This document shows, piece by piece, positions 18,518 to 29,296 of a DNA stretch of 64,000 bases. The stretch comes from a virus. The stretch lies in IMG/VR virus record IMGVR_UViG_3300032070_000002, positions 1 through 64,000 of that record. One strand, written 5' to 3'. The notes beneath the pieces were generated by a model. It was not told where the DNA came from. It worked only from the letters and a program-made list of their open reading frames with translations, and ran no database searches. The position numbers were made by a program, and so were the translations under genes. Position 1 is the first letter of the stretch; each line of letters starts with the position of its first letter.

Positions 18518-20821
18518 ATGGGGTTATTTCCTTCAGACGGCATTTATTATTCGGTTAGTGTAACACCAAAAAGATATATAAGAGTAGAAGTAAGATATGA
18601 GTATATAGGAACTACTTATCCGCAAGCGTGGCATCCCAGCCCTCCTCAAGATAGTATTACTATAACTGAACAGACGGGTAGTCCCGCCGGTACTTGTACG
18701 GGAACGCATAATTATGGAGAAAAGTATATTTATAAGGCCCCCGGTTCCGTATATCACCATTATAAAATTATTACTACCGCAAGTGTAATATATAAATTTC
18801 AGAATTTATTAGATGCTTTAGCTACCGCGGGCTACGATTCTGCAACATATGAAATAGTAGGAATAGATACTGACTTTAGCATAACCGATCCCAATGCGGG
18901 TATTAACGTATTACAATTAGAAGGAACTCAGCCTGCCGGAACAGAATTTACAGGAATGCCTAAACAAGAAATACTAACAAATAATTTAACTGAAAAAGAA
19001 ATTATTAAAACACAAAATAGAATATTGCTTACTAGATTAATAGCATCTGCTTTTAGTCAAGGTACGTCTACAAATATTCATATATTTAGTAACGCGGTTA
19101 ATACTGATCCAGCTTATTGGCTTTATTGCCCGGGTACTAAATATTACGATATTACTATTGTAGCAGTATTACAAAAAATATTAGACCCCGCGGGATGGAA
19201 TGAAGGTTTTAATTATGATGTAAATAAGCCTGAAGGAACGGATACTACTAAAGAGCCTACGGCTTCAAGAAATGCTACTAATGAGAAATCTAATTCTGCC
19301 AGTGGAAACGGCCTTAATACCTTTCACGGTACGAGATATATTTATCCTAATTTATATACGGATGAAGGAGTATTTGATTACTTATATATTCCTTCGGATA
19401 TTTGGGCTACGGTTCAAATTAGTCCGGGCGTAGTAATAGGTTTAGGAGAAATAAGTATAGAGGATATAACTATAGAAAGAATTAAAAATAGTTTTGTAGA
19501 TGCGGATGAAATGACTTTTATAGAAAGAGTAAAATATGATGCGAATGGTAGTTTTACTGAAGGAGCTAAAGTATTCGGATTAATTTATGGTCAGACAAGA
19601 TTTGTAGGGTATATAGTTTCAAAAAATAGATTTATTTCAAGTAATGACCAATATATTAGATATGAAGCAGTAGGATTAAGGAGATGGTTATATCATTTAC
19701 CTTTTGCACAATTATATAATGTTAAAGATTCTAATACGAAAAGTTTATTTGAGAAGGTATTAAATTCGGTTCCAAGTTTTATAATAGCGGATTACGATAC
19801 TAGTATTTTACCTACTAAGAACGTTCCAGATTTTTATACGGTAGCTGCTAATATAGGTCCGACTTTAGACGATATATTAGATAAAGCGGGACACTATGCT
19901 TACTACATAGATACTACTAAAAAATTAACAGTTTATGACTTAAAAGCTTTACCTAGTTATGTAGAATTAAAAATGTCTACGGAAGGATGGTATTTGAAAG
20001 GCCATCCTGAGTGTAAAATATTAGAGAAAAATTTAAGCGGAGATATTTCACAAGCGGTAACAAGGGCTATCCTTTTAGGCGATTTTACTACAACTGTTAA
20101 AAAAGTTAAAGCTACTGCTACGTTAGTACCAAATACTGTATTTTATATTATAGAATTAAATAATCAAATTTTAAATACTATTCCCGGGAGAAAGGATACA
20201 GTTATAATTGAAAAAATAGGCGATTATGAAGCTAGTCCTACTATATTACCTTCTTATATTAGACTTTCGGATGGAACTATTAAGGGCGTTAGAAATATGT
20301 TTGCAACAGATATAAATTCTTTTGAAGTATATGTTACCGCAGCTTTTGTAGGAAGTCCGGTAAAATATGATACGGGTTGGGTAGGAACTGCTTTTTCCTT
20401 ATTTAATATACAAAATGTAATTCAAAGATATGATACAAAATTTAAATTAATTAAAGGAACAACGGGATTAGATAGAGACGATACGGGCGCAATGCAATTA
20501 TACGCTAATAGCTTAATAGAGCCCTATAAGGATTATGCTATAGGAGGAACAATTACTTTAGATACTTTATTTACTACTTTAACAATAGGCAAGGCGGTTC
20601 GTTTGACAGGAACGGCACAAGCGGGTTGGACTACTACGGATTTAGTAGTAAAAAGTATCACCTTTAATGTTAGTGAATTAACAACGGTAGTAGAGTTAAC
20701 TAGTAATTATTTTATCGGTAGTGGAATAGTAGACCCTCGGTTAGAAGAAATAAAAGAGAAGAGAACTGCGGAACAAGCAAGAATAGATATGTTAAGACGT
20801 TTAGGAGAATTAGAAAGATAA
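18518..20821 (+). CDS. Tail tip/baseplate hub (Tal/gpD-like) protein
   Basis: Last late gene; F.GYI, L..I...AG.Y.YYID and C-terminal IG..V.L...T.VELT pattern. Confidence 0.6.
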   Translation: MGLFPSDGIYYSVSVTPKRYIRVEVRYEYIGTTYPQAWHPSPPQDSITITEQTGSPAGTCTGTHNYGEKYIYKAPGSVYHHYKIITTASVIYKFQNLLDALATAGYDSATYEIVGIDTDFSITDPNAGINVLQLEGTQPAGTEFTGMPKQEILTNNLTEKEIIKTQNRILLTRLIASAFSQGTSTNIHIFSNAVNTDPAYWLYCPGTKYYDITIVAVLQKILDPAGWNEGFNYDVNKPEGTDTTKEPTASRNATNEKSNSASGNGLNTFHGTRYIYPNLYTDEGVFDYLYIPSDIWATVQISPGVVIGLGEISIEDITIERIKNSFVDADEMTFIERVKYDANGSFTEGAKVFGLIYGQTRFVGYIVSKNRFISSNDQYIRYEAVGLRRWLYHLPFAQLYNVKDSNTKSLFEKVLNSVPSFIIADYDTSILPTKNVPDFYTVAANIGPTLDDILDKAGHYAYYIDTTKKLTVYDLKALPSYVELKMSTEGWYLKGHPECKILEKNLSGDISQAVTRAILLGDFTTTVKKVKATATLVPNTVFYIIELNNQILNTIPGRKDTVIIEKIGDYEASPTILPSYIRLSDGTIKGVRNMFATDINSFEVYVTAAFVGSPVKYDTGWVGTAFSLFNIQNVIQRYDTKFKLIKGTTGLDRDDTGAMQLYANSLIEPYKDYAIGGTITLDTLFTTLTIGKAVRLTGTAQAGWTTTDLVVKSITFNVSELTTVVELTSNYFIGSGIVDPRLEEIKEKRTAEQARIDMLRRLGELER

Positions 20822-20831
20822 TTTTATAAAT

Positions 20832-20877
20832 AGGCTATATAGCTTCTTTTAATATTAAGTTATATAGCCTCTTTTTT
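20832..20877 (+). terminator. Rho-independent terminator ending the late operon
   Basis: aggctatatagctt/aagttatatagcct stem, then ctttttt. Confidence 0.85.
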
Positions 20878-20888
20878 GCCATTTTTTG

Positions 20889-20917
20889 TTGACAAACTCT
20901 TAAAACTATGTTATACT
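20889..20917 (+). promoter_or_regulatory. Sigma70-type early promoter P1
   Basis: TTGACA-17 nt-TATACT with extended -10 TG. Confidence 0.9.
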
Positions 20918-20923
20918 TATAAT

Positions 20924-21313
20924 ATGAATTTAAAATTTTATGAAAGGGAATGGAGAGTATATGCAGATTATTGGAAAGTTAATTATACTCCAAAAGAAGC
21001 TTTAAAGATAGGAAATAAGTTAGCAAAACATTTTAAAATTAAGTATGTACAATTTCGGTTTACTAGTAATCAGAATGGATATGCTAATTATTGGGGTAGG
21101 ATTACTTTACCTAAACAAAATATTGCTTTAGCAATGATTTGTCACGAATTAGGGCATATACTTTCGGTTAAGAAATATGGTAGTAAAGGTAAGGGGCATA
21201 ATAAATGGTTAAAGAAAGCAAATAAACAAATATATAGGTATGCTATTAAATATTTACCTATTGAAATTTTATTAGGTATACGCACTCAAAAATTATTAGA
21301 AAATAAAAGTTGA
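20924..21313 (+). CDS. SprT-like zinc metalloprotease (probably leaderless)
   Basis: HELGH..GH...W motif; ATG at the predicted +1 of P1. Confidence 0.7.
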   Translation: MNLKFYEREWRVYADYWKVNYTPKEALKIGNKLAKHFKIKYVQFRFTSNQNGYANYWGRITLPKQNIALAMICHELGHILSVKKYGSKGKGHNKWLKKANKQIYRYAIKYLPIEILLGIRTQKLLENKS

Positions 21314-21338
21314 CAAACGGTTAAAACTATGTTATACT
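21310..21338 (+). promoter_or_regulatory. Sigma70-type early promoter P2
   Basis: TTGACA-17 nt-TATACT with extended -10. Confidence 0.9.
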
Positions 21339-21370
21339 TAATATAGAAAATTAAAAAAGGAGGAAACAAA

Positions 21371-21583
21371 ATGAAAACTAAAAATTTAAAGGAAGAAATA
21401 GTAAGAGGATTATTAAGCGCGCGGGAAGATGTATACGGCTTTAATATTACCGAAGAAAACGCGAAGGAAGTAGCGGCTTTTTTAGCAGGATGGTTAAGTA
21501 TAAGTTGTAAAATTACTTTTAAGAATAATAAAACAATAACAAACGAGTTTAGGGAAAGATTAGGTAAGGATAAGTTAATATAA
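21371..21583 (+). CDS. Hypothetical early protein
   Basis: AAGGAGG RBS; follows P2. Confidence 0.6.
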   Translation: MKTKNLKEEIVRGLLSAREDVYGFNITEENAKEVAAFLAGWLSISCKITFKNNKTITNEFRERLGKDKLI

Positions 21584-21979
21584 AGATAAGCGTTGAAAAT
21601 AGTACAAAAGTGAGTTATAATTATATTATAAGGAGACAAAATGAAAAAATTTAAAGTTACTTTTACGGTAGAGGGTAGTTTTATTGGAGACGACCAAAAA
21701 TTAAATAAGTCAAACGTAAAAAACGCATTACGTTTTACTTTTGATGAAATGTATGGTAAAAGTTATATGGGAAATCGTGATATAGATACGGCGATAAGTA
21801 AGTTAGAGGTTAAGGAAATAAAATAATGAATAGAAAAACTTATTATTTATCCTATATAAATAAACAAGGCCAAAAGGTAGGCTATAAGGTAACCGGAACC
21901 GATTTAGATATAGCTATTGAAAAAATACATATATCTAAATTAGGCGGAATAAACTTAAGGTTAAAGGAGGCTATAAAAA

Positions 21980-22402
21980 ATGACTAAAAACATTGGCTTT
22001 ACTTGGCATTGTCATCACAATGTTTTAGCAGAATGGTGTTTCGGTTACAATGAAAGAGAAAACGCTATTAAAACTACTAAACCCAAAAACGAAATAGAAA
22101 CTCGTTTACGCCTATTCAAATTCGTTAAAGGCAAACTGCCCCTTGAATTAGTAGAGGCTCGGCAGAGGCGTGATGAGGCTTGGCAGAGGCGTGATGAGGC
22201 TTGGCAGAGGTGGGTGGAGGCTCGGCAGAAGTGGACTGAGGCTCGGCAGAAGTGCGATGAGGCTCGGCAGAAATACTATGAGGCTCGGCAGAAACCCTAT
22301 GAGGCTCTATCCAAACACAAAGACTTTTTAGAAGTCTTACACAAAAAAGAGTGCGGATGCAAAGAATGGAACGGTAACGAAATAGTATTCCCGAAGGAGT
22401 AA
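21980..22402 (+). CDS. Heptad-repeat coiled-coil protein with His/Cys-rich ends
   Basis: EA(R/W)Q(R/K)xx x7; WHCHH and HKKEC motifs. Confidence 0.7.
   Translation: MTKNIGFTWHCHHNVLAEWCFGYNERENAIKTTKPKNEIETRLRLFKFVKGKLPLELVEARQRRDEAWQRRDEAWQRWVEARQKWTEARQKCDEARQKYYEARQKPYEALSKHKDFLEVLHKKECGCKEWNGNEIVFPKE
22154..22306 (+). repeat. 21-nt tandem repeat, 7 units
   Basis: gaggctYggcagaRRnnnnnn units. Confidence 0.9.
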
Positions 22403-23094
22403 AAAATGAAAAAGAAAGTAGTAGTAGAAATAGATATATGTAATAATAGTAATAAATATTGTAGTTATCTCTGTCCTTTCTTTTTAGATAACGGAGATAA
22501 CGAGCACTCCCAATATTGGTGTAATTTATTTAAGGAAGAATTGCAAATTAATTTAGCGATAGTAAGAAGTTTAAAATGTAGACGAGGAGAAGTGAAATGA
22601 AAAAACAAAAAAGATTTCGTGCCAGTATTTATATTGACATCTTTATAGAAGAAATTAAAATAAAGATATGCGGTGGACAGGAGATAGAAGAATATAAAGA
22701 TTTAGAAGAAATGAGAGAAGAAGCAAAAAGAAGAATACAAGAAGTAGTAGACGAAATTACTAATACCGAAAATAAAAATATTCCTGACGAAGTATTTAAT
22801 CCGTACGTAGGGGGAGTAGCGGCTTATAATACAAGAGATTTATTAAGGCCGTTAGATAGAGAAATATAGGAGGAAACAAAATGAAAAAATGGCTTAACAA
22901 TACTATATATCCTTGTAAGAAGATAGGGCATTATCCTCAAATATATATTGAAAGGGTTATAGTAAAGTTTAATCGTAAAGGTATAAGTATAGGTCTTTTT
23001 GAAGAAAAAGGAGGAGTAGGAACTAGTATAACTATGACTAAATAATATGCGAGATTATTAATGAAACGATTAAAATTAGCATTGGAGGACTAAA

Positions 23095-23382
23095 ATGTTT
23101 AAAAAATTACTATTAGCTTTTTGTATAATTTATACTCTCATAAATATCTTTAGTAATAAAAAAGAAATAGTAACAAAGTATGTAGTAGTAAAAGAAGAAG
23201 TAAAAACGCCTGAAGTAGAAATTCAAAAAATTAATGAAAGAATAGAGAGAGGCAATCAAGCCGTTTCTAATTACTTTAATTATCTTACGGAAAGAAGTAG
23301 AAGGGACGAACAATGGAATCACGAAGAAAGGGTTGAGGAAATTAAAAGTAAAGGAAATAATCTTAGAGTGGAGGTAAAATAG
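23095..23382 (+). CDS. Membrane-anchored hypothetical protein
   Basis: N-terminal hydrophobic segment. Confidence 0.55.
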   Translation: MFKKLLLAFCIIYTLINIFSNKKEIVTKYVVVKEEVKTPEVEIQKINERIERGNQAVSNYFNYLTERSRRDEQWNHEERVEEIKSKGNNLRVEVK

Positions 23383-24320
23383 TGGAAAATAACATCCGTC
23401 CAATGGGAGCTAATGCTTTAAGTAAAGATAAAAGAGATAACTACCTAGACGACCCTAATTATATCGGAGAGTGTAAATTTGACGGTTCTCGTTATGTTTT
23501 ACAAATAGATAAAGACAATAAAGTTTATTTAACTAGTAGAAGAGAAAGTGTAGATGGAAGCGGTATGGTAGATAAGACTAAAAACGTTCCTCATATAATA
23601 AAGGATATACAAAAGTTAAAAGGAATATATAGTATTATATTAGATGGAGAGATAGATATTGCGGGGGACAAAAGAAATTTTAAATACGTGCAAGGAATTA
23701 TGGGTTCTCTTTGTGATAGAGCAATCCAATTACAAACAGATAACGAATGGCTTATATATAAATGTTTTGACATACTGGAATATAATAGAGAGGATTTACG
23801 GTGTAAGCCGTTAAAATTAAGGCGTAAAATATTAGAACAGATACTTGACACTACGGAGTTGAGATATATAAAAGTCGTGGAGCAATTCCCGGATAAAAGG
23901 AAGTTGTTAGAGGAAGAAATTAAGAAAGGCAATGAAGGTATAATGCTTAAAAATTTAGATAGTATTTATGTAGAAGGTAAGAAGCCAAGTCAGACTTGGT
24001 ATAAGGTAAAAAGAAAAGCAACTTTTGACGGAATAGTAAAAGGATATAAGTTAGGAACACCGGGAACCAAGTATGAAAAAATGTTAGGAACACTTACAAT
24101 TTATCAATACTTAAATGGCCAACTAATAGAGACTTCGGAAATAGGCGGTTTAACAGAAGAAGAAAGAATAGAGTTTAAGAAACGTTTAGATAAGGGAGAA
24201 ACTTTTATAGTGGAATTTGAAGCGCAAGAAGCGTATGGAAATAATCGTTATAGGCATCCTCATTTTTTAAGGTTAAGGGAGGATAAGAATCCTTCGGAGT
24301 GCATATATGGAAAAAGTTAA
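23382..24320 (+). CDS. ATP-dependent DNA ligase
   Basis: ECKFDGSR, ILDGE, FDIL, EGIMLK, WYKVK and RHPHFLRLREDK motifs. Confidence 0.93.
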   Translation: MENNIRPMGANALSKDKRDNYLDDPNYIGECKFDGSRYVLQIDKDNKVYLTSRRESVDGSGMVDKTKNVPHIIKDIQKLKGIYSIILDGEIDIAGDKRNFKYVQGIMGSLCDRAIQLQTDNEWLIYKCFDILEYNREDLRCKPLKLRRKILEQILDTTELRYIKVVEQFPDKRKLLEEEIKKGNEGIMLKNLDSIYVEGKKPSQTWYKVKRKATFDGIVKGYKLGTPGTKYEKMLGTLTIYQYLNGQLIETSEIGGLTEEERIEFKKRLDKGETFIVEFEAQEAYGNNRYRHPHFLRLREDKNPSECIYGKS

Positions 24321-24606
24321 TGATTACGAATTTTGTTTAAATAGTAAAAGATGGATTTGTTTAATGCTACGTTCCCCTAGAAATTGTCCCTATGAGAATG
24401 AACAATTATTACAATGTCAAAGTTGCGGTTATTATGAGTTAAGAAAACCAAGTCAATATCTATTAAAAATATTAAAAATAATTAGAAGTATAGGAAACAA
24501 ATGAGAATAGGAATAATCGGCCCGGAAGAAAGTAAGTTTACAGAAAAATCTAAACAAGATTGGTTAGTAGATTTAATTAGGAGAATAATATAAATAGGAA
24601 TAAAAA

Positions 24607-25296
24607 ATGTCTAAATTAATTATAGAAGAAAAAAGTAAATTGATTGAGAGAATACAGAAATTATTTTCTTTGGGCGATAGTTCCAGAAATCCCAATGAAG
24701 GCGAAGTTAAAAGTGCCCTACGAAAAGCCAAACAATTAATGAAGCAATATAATTTAAGTTTATCAGAATTAGACTTAGAAAAACAGAAAGAAGATATAAT
24801 TCAATCTGCAACAAAAGGAACTGCTTATATTTCTTTTTGGGAAAGAAAATTAGCGACTATGGTGGGAAATTTATTTAATTGCCATCCCATTATTGAACCA
24901 AGATATTATTCAAGAGGATATATTTTTGTTGGTTTTATAGAAGAGGCAAATTTAGCAGTTCGGTGCTATGATTATTTAGTTGATACTATAAAAAATTTGG
25001 CCAATCTTTATGCAATCAAAAAGATGGATTTTTATGCCGGAATAACTGATAGATTACAAGAACGAATTGATGAAGAAATAAAATTAAATACTCCCAAAGA
25101 AACATCTAAATGCAAAGCAATTATTTGTTGTAAAGATAAATTAATTGAATCTTGGAAAGAAAAAAATATGAAATTAGAAAAAGAACAACGCAGAACAAGG
25201 CCAACTATAAATGAAATTAGTCCAGACTATATTATAGGATACGCAACAGGTAATGGAGTTGATTTACAGAATAGGGAGAAAATTAAAAAGGAGTAA
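24607..25296 (+). CDS. DUF2786-domain protein
   Basis: RIQKLFSL..NPNEGE..AL.KA..LM.QYNL pattern. Confidence 0.8.
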   Translation: MSKLIIEEKSKLIERIQKLFSLGDSSRNPNEGEVKSALRKAKQLMKQYNLSLSELDLEKQKEDIIQSATKGTAYISFWERKLATMVGNLFNCHPIIEPRYYSRGYIFVGFIEEANLAVRCYDYLVDTIKNLANLYAIKKMDFYAGITDRLQERIDEEIKLNTPKETSKCKAIICCKDKLIESWKEKNMKLEKEQRRTRPTINEISPDYIIGYATGNGVDLQNREKIKKE

Positions 25297-25301
25297 AGTA
25301 A

Positions 25302-25892
25302 ATGCTAAAATATATGTTGACTACTAAATGTAATAGAAAATGTAATTATTGTATAACTAAAAATATAGTTGTGGAAGAAGAAACTAATTTAGATAACGTA
25401 AAAGAAGTCCTTTGGAAAGTTAGATTAGAAGGATATAAAGATATAATGATAACTGGAGGGGAACCTTCTTTATCGGAATTATTTTATAGTAAGTTACAAT
25501 TAATAGGAACAATTTTTAATAACGTTTATATTACTACTCAAAATGAAATGTTATTAGAAGACTATTTACCTTTCGTTAAAGCTATTTCTTTTTCACTTCA
25601 CGATAGTATTTCTCAAAAAGTAATACCTTTTCTTACTTATTCTGCTACTCCGGTATACGCTTGTATTTTAGAGGACTACTATTACTATCGTCTACCCTTT
25701 CTATTAAAGGATTTAGGTTATAAAGGCTTAACTATAAATGAAGAACAAAGAAAAGGAAGACATTTTGATGAAAAACAATTACCGGAAATAGAAGATTTTT
25801 CTATAAGAGTAAATAGAAAAGGTAAATGTATGAACGAGGTAATTATACTTCCAAACCTAAAAATTATAAATAATTTTACTCCTTATCTTTAA
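25302..25892 (+). CDS. Radical SAM protein
   Basis: CNRKCNYC and ITGGEP motifs. Confidence 0.88.
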   Translation: MLKYMLTTKCNRKCNYCITKNIVVEEETNLDNVKEVLWKVRLEGYKDIMITGGEPSLSELFYSKLQLIGTIFNNVYITTQNEMLLEDYLPFVKAISFSLHDSISQKVIPFLTYSATPVYACILEDYYYYRLPFLLKDLGYKGLTINEEQRKGRHFDEKQLPEIEDFSIRVNRKGKCMNEVIILPNLKIINNFTPYL

Positions 25893-25903
25893 TAACTTTT
25901 TTG

Positions 25904-25932
25904 TTGACAAACCCTCAAAAATATGTTATACT
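25904..25932 (+). promoter_or_regulatory. Sigma70-type early promoter P3
   Basis: TTGACA-17 nt-TATACT; downstream leader identical to that of P2 up to the RBS. Confidence 0.9.
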
Positions 25933-25966
25933 TAATATAGAAAATTAAAAAAGGAGGACAATAAAA

Positions 25967-26188
25967 ATGTATACCGATAAGGACTTCAACACAAAGAAGG
26001 AATTGAAGGAAGCATTAGCTAAGTTCGTAACGATTAGAGTGTATCAACCAAAGGATATATTCGGCGTAACGGAACGAGCTTCGCGCGGTAAGCATACGGT
26101 ATCGTTGGAAGGTCCCCATTACCCAAAACCTCATAGATGGTATGCACTGGCAGAGGTTGTAGACGGGGTCGTAGTAAAAGTAAAATAG
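25967..26188 (+). CDS. Hypothetical early protein
   Basis: Strong RBS; EGPHYPKPHRWYA motif. Confidence 0.65.
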   Translation: MYTDKDFNTKKELKEALAKFVTIRVYQPKDIFGVTERASRGKHTVSLEGPHYPKPHRWYALAEVVDGVVVKVK

Positions 26189-27017
26189 GAAGGAGATACT
26201 AAATGAAACATATAAATAAAAGTATTTATAAAATATACAATATAGGAAGTTTAAGGGTTTCCTATAGTAGAGTAGGAAAAGGAATTTGTATTAAGATTTT
26301 TGGTAGTATATTATCTATCTATTTTGATTTAGAATTAAGTCAAGGATGGAACAAATGCGATTAACTTTAAAAGAGTTAAAAGAAGAATTATATAGTTACT
26401 GGGGAGATGTAGGAAACGGTATAGTAGTTTTCTTTCCGGAAAATAAGTTTTTTAAATTTATAAACGATTCCGGTTTTATAAAAGTTCAATTTAACGACGG
26501 TATCCTTTCAAAAGCAAAACTTAAAATGGACGACTATTATAAAAAATACGGCGCCCGAGTTGCTAATCAAATATGGGAAGAGGAAAATTTAGGAAGTGGT
26601 CAATGGCTAAAGAGGTTTGCAGTTATGAGTATAGAGGAATACTTTAATAAGCTTATATGGTCTTACGAAATGGTTCACCCGATATTTAATTTAATAAGAC
26701 AAATGAAGGAATTAGGCGAGTTAGAGGTGATAATTGAAAGTTAAATTTACTTGTAAAAATAGTCATTATTTTGAGAAAACAGAAGAAGAAATAAAAAATA
26801 CTAATCAGCCTTTTAGATATTGTTTTTGCGGCGAAAAGTTAAGTGTTCAAAATATAGAGGAAATAGTAATTTTAGATATACAAAATTCAATTGTAGAGCA
26901 TACTACTAATAGAATAGTAAAATTAGGATTAGAGGGTTTTGTTGAGGCGGTAGAACATTTACAAGACGGAAAAATAAAAGAGTTATATAGGGAAGAATTA
27001 AAGAGGAGAGGAATAAA

Positions 27018-27542
27018 ATGGATGAAATAATTAATACAGAAAAGAAAGAGGAACAAATTATAAAGGAAGAAATTCCCGTTATAGAGCCTGTAGTAGAAAC
27101 TAAACAACCGGAAGAAGTAAACTATATAGATAACGGCTGTCTTCATTTTAACTTTTGTAAAAGTGTTATAGTAAAAGGTTTACCGAATAGATGTTGTCAT
27201 AACCCGTCTTATTTTATGGATAAACTAGGCAGACAATGTAATTTACTATCTCCCTGGTATCCGCCTAAAGAAGTTAAAAAGATAAAGGATTTAGTAGAGG
27301 GAGAAGGAGTAACCACTAATACAAACGTACCTACTAATGAAAATAAGGATACTACTATTGTTAATACAATTAAAGATAATAAACCTAAGGTTAGTAGACT
27401 AGGAAGGATTAGAGAATTACTAAAGGAAAATAAGTTAGACGTAGAAATAGTAGAAATAGTTAAAAAAGAGTTCCCGGATGCATCGCCTTCTATTATAAAA
27501 GGGCAGATTTACTTAGCGAGAAAGGCGGCTAGTAATGGATAA
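27018..27542 (+). CDS. Protein with Cys/His cluster and C-terminal HTH-like domain
   Basis: C-terminus paralogous to 41646..41876. Confidence 0.55.
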   Translation: MDEIINTEKKEEQIIKEEIPVIEPVVETKQPEEVNYIDNGCLHFNFCKSVIVKGLPNRCCHNPSYFMDKLGRQCNLLSPWYPPKEVKKIKDLVEGEGVTTNTNVPTNENKDTTIVNTIKDNKPKVSRLGRIRELLKENKLDVEIVEIVKKEFPDASPSIIKGQIYLARKAASNG

Positions 27543-28029
27543 ACTACAATCTTTAGTAAACGAATACTTACAATTTAAAAGTAATGAGTTACTAGAAAAA
27601 ATTATAATTCTTTTAAAACCCTTTATTAAATACAAGGCAAAAAGAATTAGCGACATATCTAAAACAGAATTTAAGGATATAGAGCAGGAGTTATTTATAG
27701 TATTATTAAAGAGAATAAAAAGTTATGATAAAAATAAAAGTAAGTTTATTACTTACCTATTTAATAGTATGAAGGGAGACCCTACGGGTACGCTACAAAG
27801 TTTAACAAGAAAGAAACGAGGAGGTAATGGAGAGAGGAAATTTTTAATTCCTATCTCTTTAAGTGAAATATTAAATAGGGATTCCGATAATAAAGAAATA
27901 AATTTTGAAAATAGTTTACATACTTCTATTAACATCCGAGATGAAATAGAGAAAAAAGATATACGTGAGTTAATAGAAAAATACGGATTTAAAAGAGCAA
28001 AAGAAATACTACAAGAGGAGATAAAATAA
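27535..28029 (+). CDS. Sigma70-like sigma factor (region 2)
   Basis: DIEQELFI.L...IKSYD..KSKFITY and PISL motifs. Confidence 0.75.
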   Translation: MDKLQSLVNEYLQFKSNELLEKIIILLKPFIKYKAKRISDISKTEFKDIEQELFIVLLKRIKSYDKNKSKFITYLFNSMKGDPTGTLQSLTRKKRGGNGERKFLIPISLSEILNRDSDNKEINFENSLHTSINIRDEIEKKDIRELIEKYGFKRAKEILQEEIK

Positions 28030-28291
28030 TGGGCGCATTTAAAGATTCTTTTACAACTTCTGCAAAACAGAAGATAGCTGCAATCCATAGTAAAATGGAT
28101 AAAGATTTAGGATTTAGTGAACCCTCTAAAGTAGAGAAGAAAAAGATACGGTATGTAAAATCTAATTCTTTAACGCCTTTACAGTGTATGAATTGTAAAT
28201 ATAAACCTACTATGGATTGGGTAAAAAGGATTAGGCAACAAGGAGAACATTTTACGTGTAACGATAAGGTAGTTTCTACTTAAAAAATAAG

Positions 28292-28320
28292 TTGACAAAC
28301 CCTCAAAAATATGTTATACT
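28292..28320 (+). promoter_or_regulatory. Sigma70-type early promoter P4
   Basis: TTGACA-17 nt-TATACT; spacer identical to that of P3. Confidence 0.9.
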
Positions 28321-28361
28321 ATATATAAGAGTTAAGGAAGTATAACATAAGGAGGTAAGAA

Positions 28362-29060
28362 ATGAATAACTTCTTTCTACATTATATAGGCTCTCGTTTA
28401 TATCCCAAAGAAGTCTTTATTAAGGAAGCCGAGAAATTTGGAGTAAATAGATGCCTTCCTCTAAAGATAATAAAAAAATTCTCCTGGGGAGATAGGATAT
28501 TATTGGCTACTTTTATACCGCAGAAAGTAGATATTATTGAACAACAGGTATTGATTAATGGGAAATTAGAAAAATATGATGGTAGAAAAAACAGAAAAGG
28601 CGGCAAAGGCGAGGTTTTTGGTTATTTTGATATAAGAGGGCTTAATTTAATCGCCTCTAATGAATTTAAGACAGCCTTGACCTCTCAATTAAATATAATA
28701 AGCACAAAGGAAGTTAATCAAGGCGTGCAAAGACAGTGCGGCAGTTATGTTATTTCTTCTGCTCATACTGTTACGGATAGTATAGCGGATATTATTAAGA
28801 AGGCAGAAATATTAAGCAAAGAGAAACAAGAGAAAGTTAAATTTTTTGTAACAGGAAAATTTTATCCTTTAACAGCGATTATTGATAATGCTACTTTTAC
28901 CAGAACAATTATTGAAGTAGAAATTACAGAAGAATTAAAACCTGGAGATATAATAAACGAAACTGTTATTGGAATGATTGAGAATTATAATAAGAGGGCA
29001 TATATTAAGACCCACGAAAAGAGAGGGAGACCGAGAAAAAATGAAAATAAAATGCGGTAG
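28362..29060 (+). CDS. Hypothetical protein with C-terminal AT-hook-like motif
   Basis: KRGRPRK; AAGGAGGT RBS. Confidence 0.6.
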   Translation: MNNFFLHYIGSRLYPKEVFIKEAEKFGVNRCLPLKIIKKFSWGDRILLATFIPQKVDIIEQQVLINGKLEKYDGRKNRKGGKGEVFGYFDIRGLNLIASNEFKTALTSQLNIISTKEVNQGVQRQCGSYVISSAHTVTDSIADIIKKAEILSKEKQEKVKFFVTGKFYPLTAIIDNATFTRTIIEVEITEELKPGDIINETVIGMIENYNKRAYIKTHEKRGRPRKNENKMR

Positions 29061-29296
29061 ACACGAATACGAATTAAAAATCGGAGATTGTATGTTAGAT
29101 AATGGGGCTTGTTATCAATTTTGTCCCAAAGACAATTCTGAACTTCCCTGGGGAACTTGGCATCAGTTTTCAAGTGTAAAAATATCTAAAAAAGAATTTA
29201 AACGGCTCATTAAATTGTCTAATTGGGAAATAAGACAAAGTAAACAATATTCTTTTTGCACTTATTATTATTGGAGAGAATAAAAAGGAGGATTAA

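Noticed and set aside
22154-22306. CRISPR array or DGR variable repeat
   Set aside because: In-frame coding tandem repeat without unique spacers; no cas or reverse transcriptase gene and no template/variable repeat pair in the window. The same applies to 35320..35535.
24501-24593. 30-aa ORF MRIGIIGPEESKFT as a remnant of a nucleotide-binding (SLOG-like) gene
   Set aside because: Too short to support without a database search.
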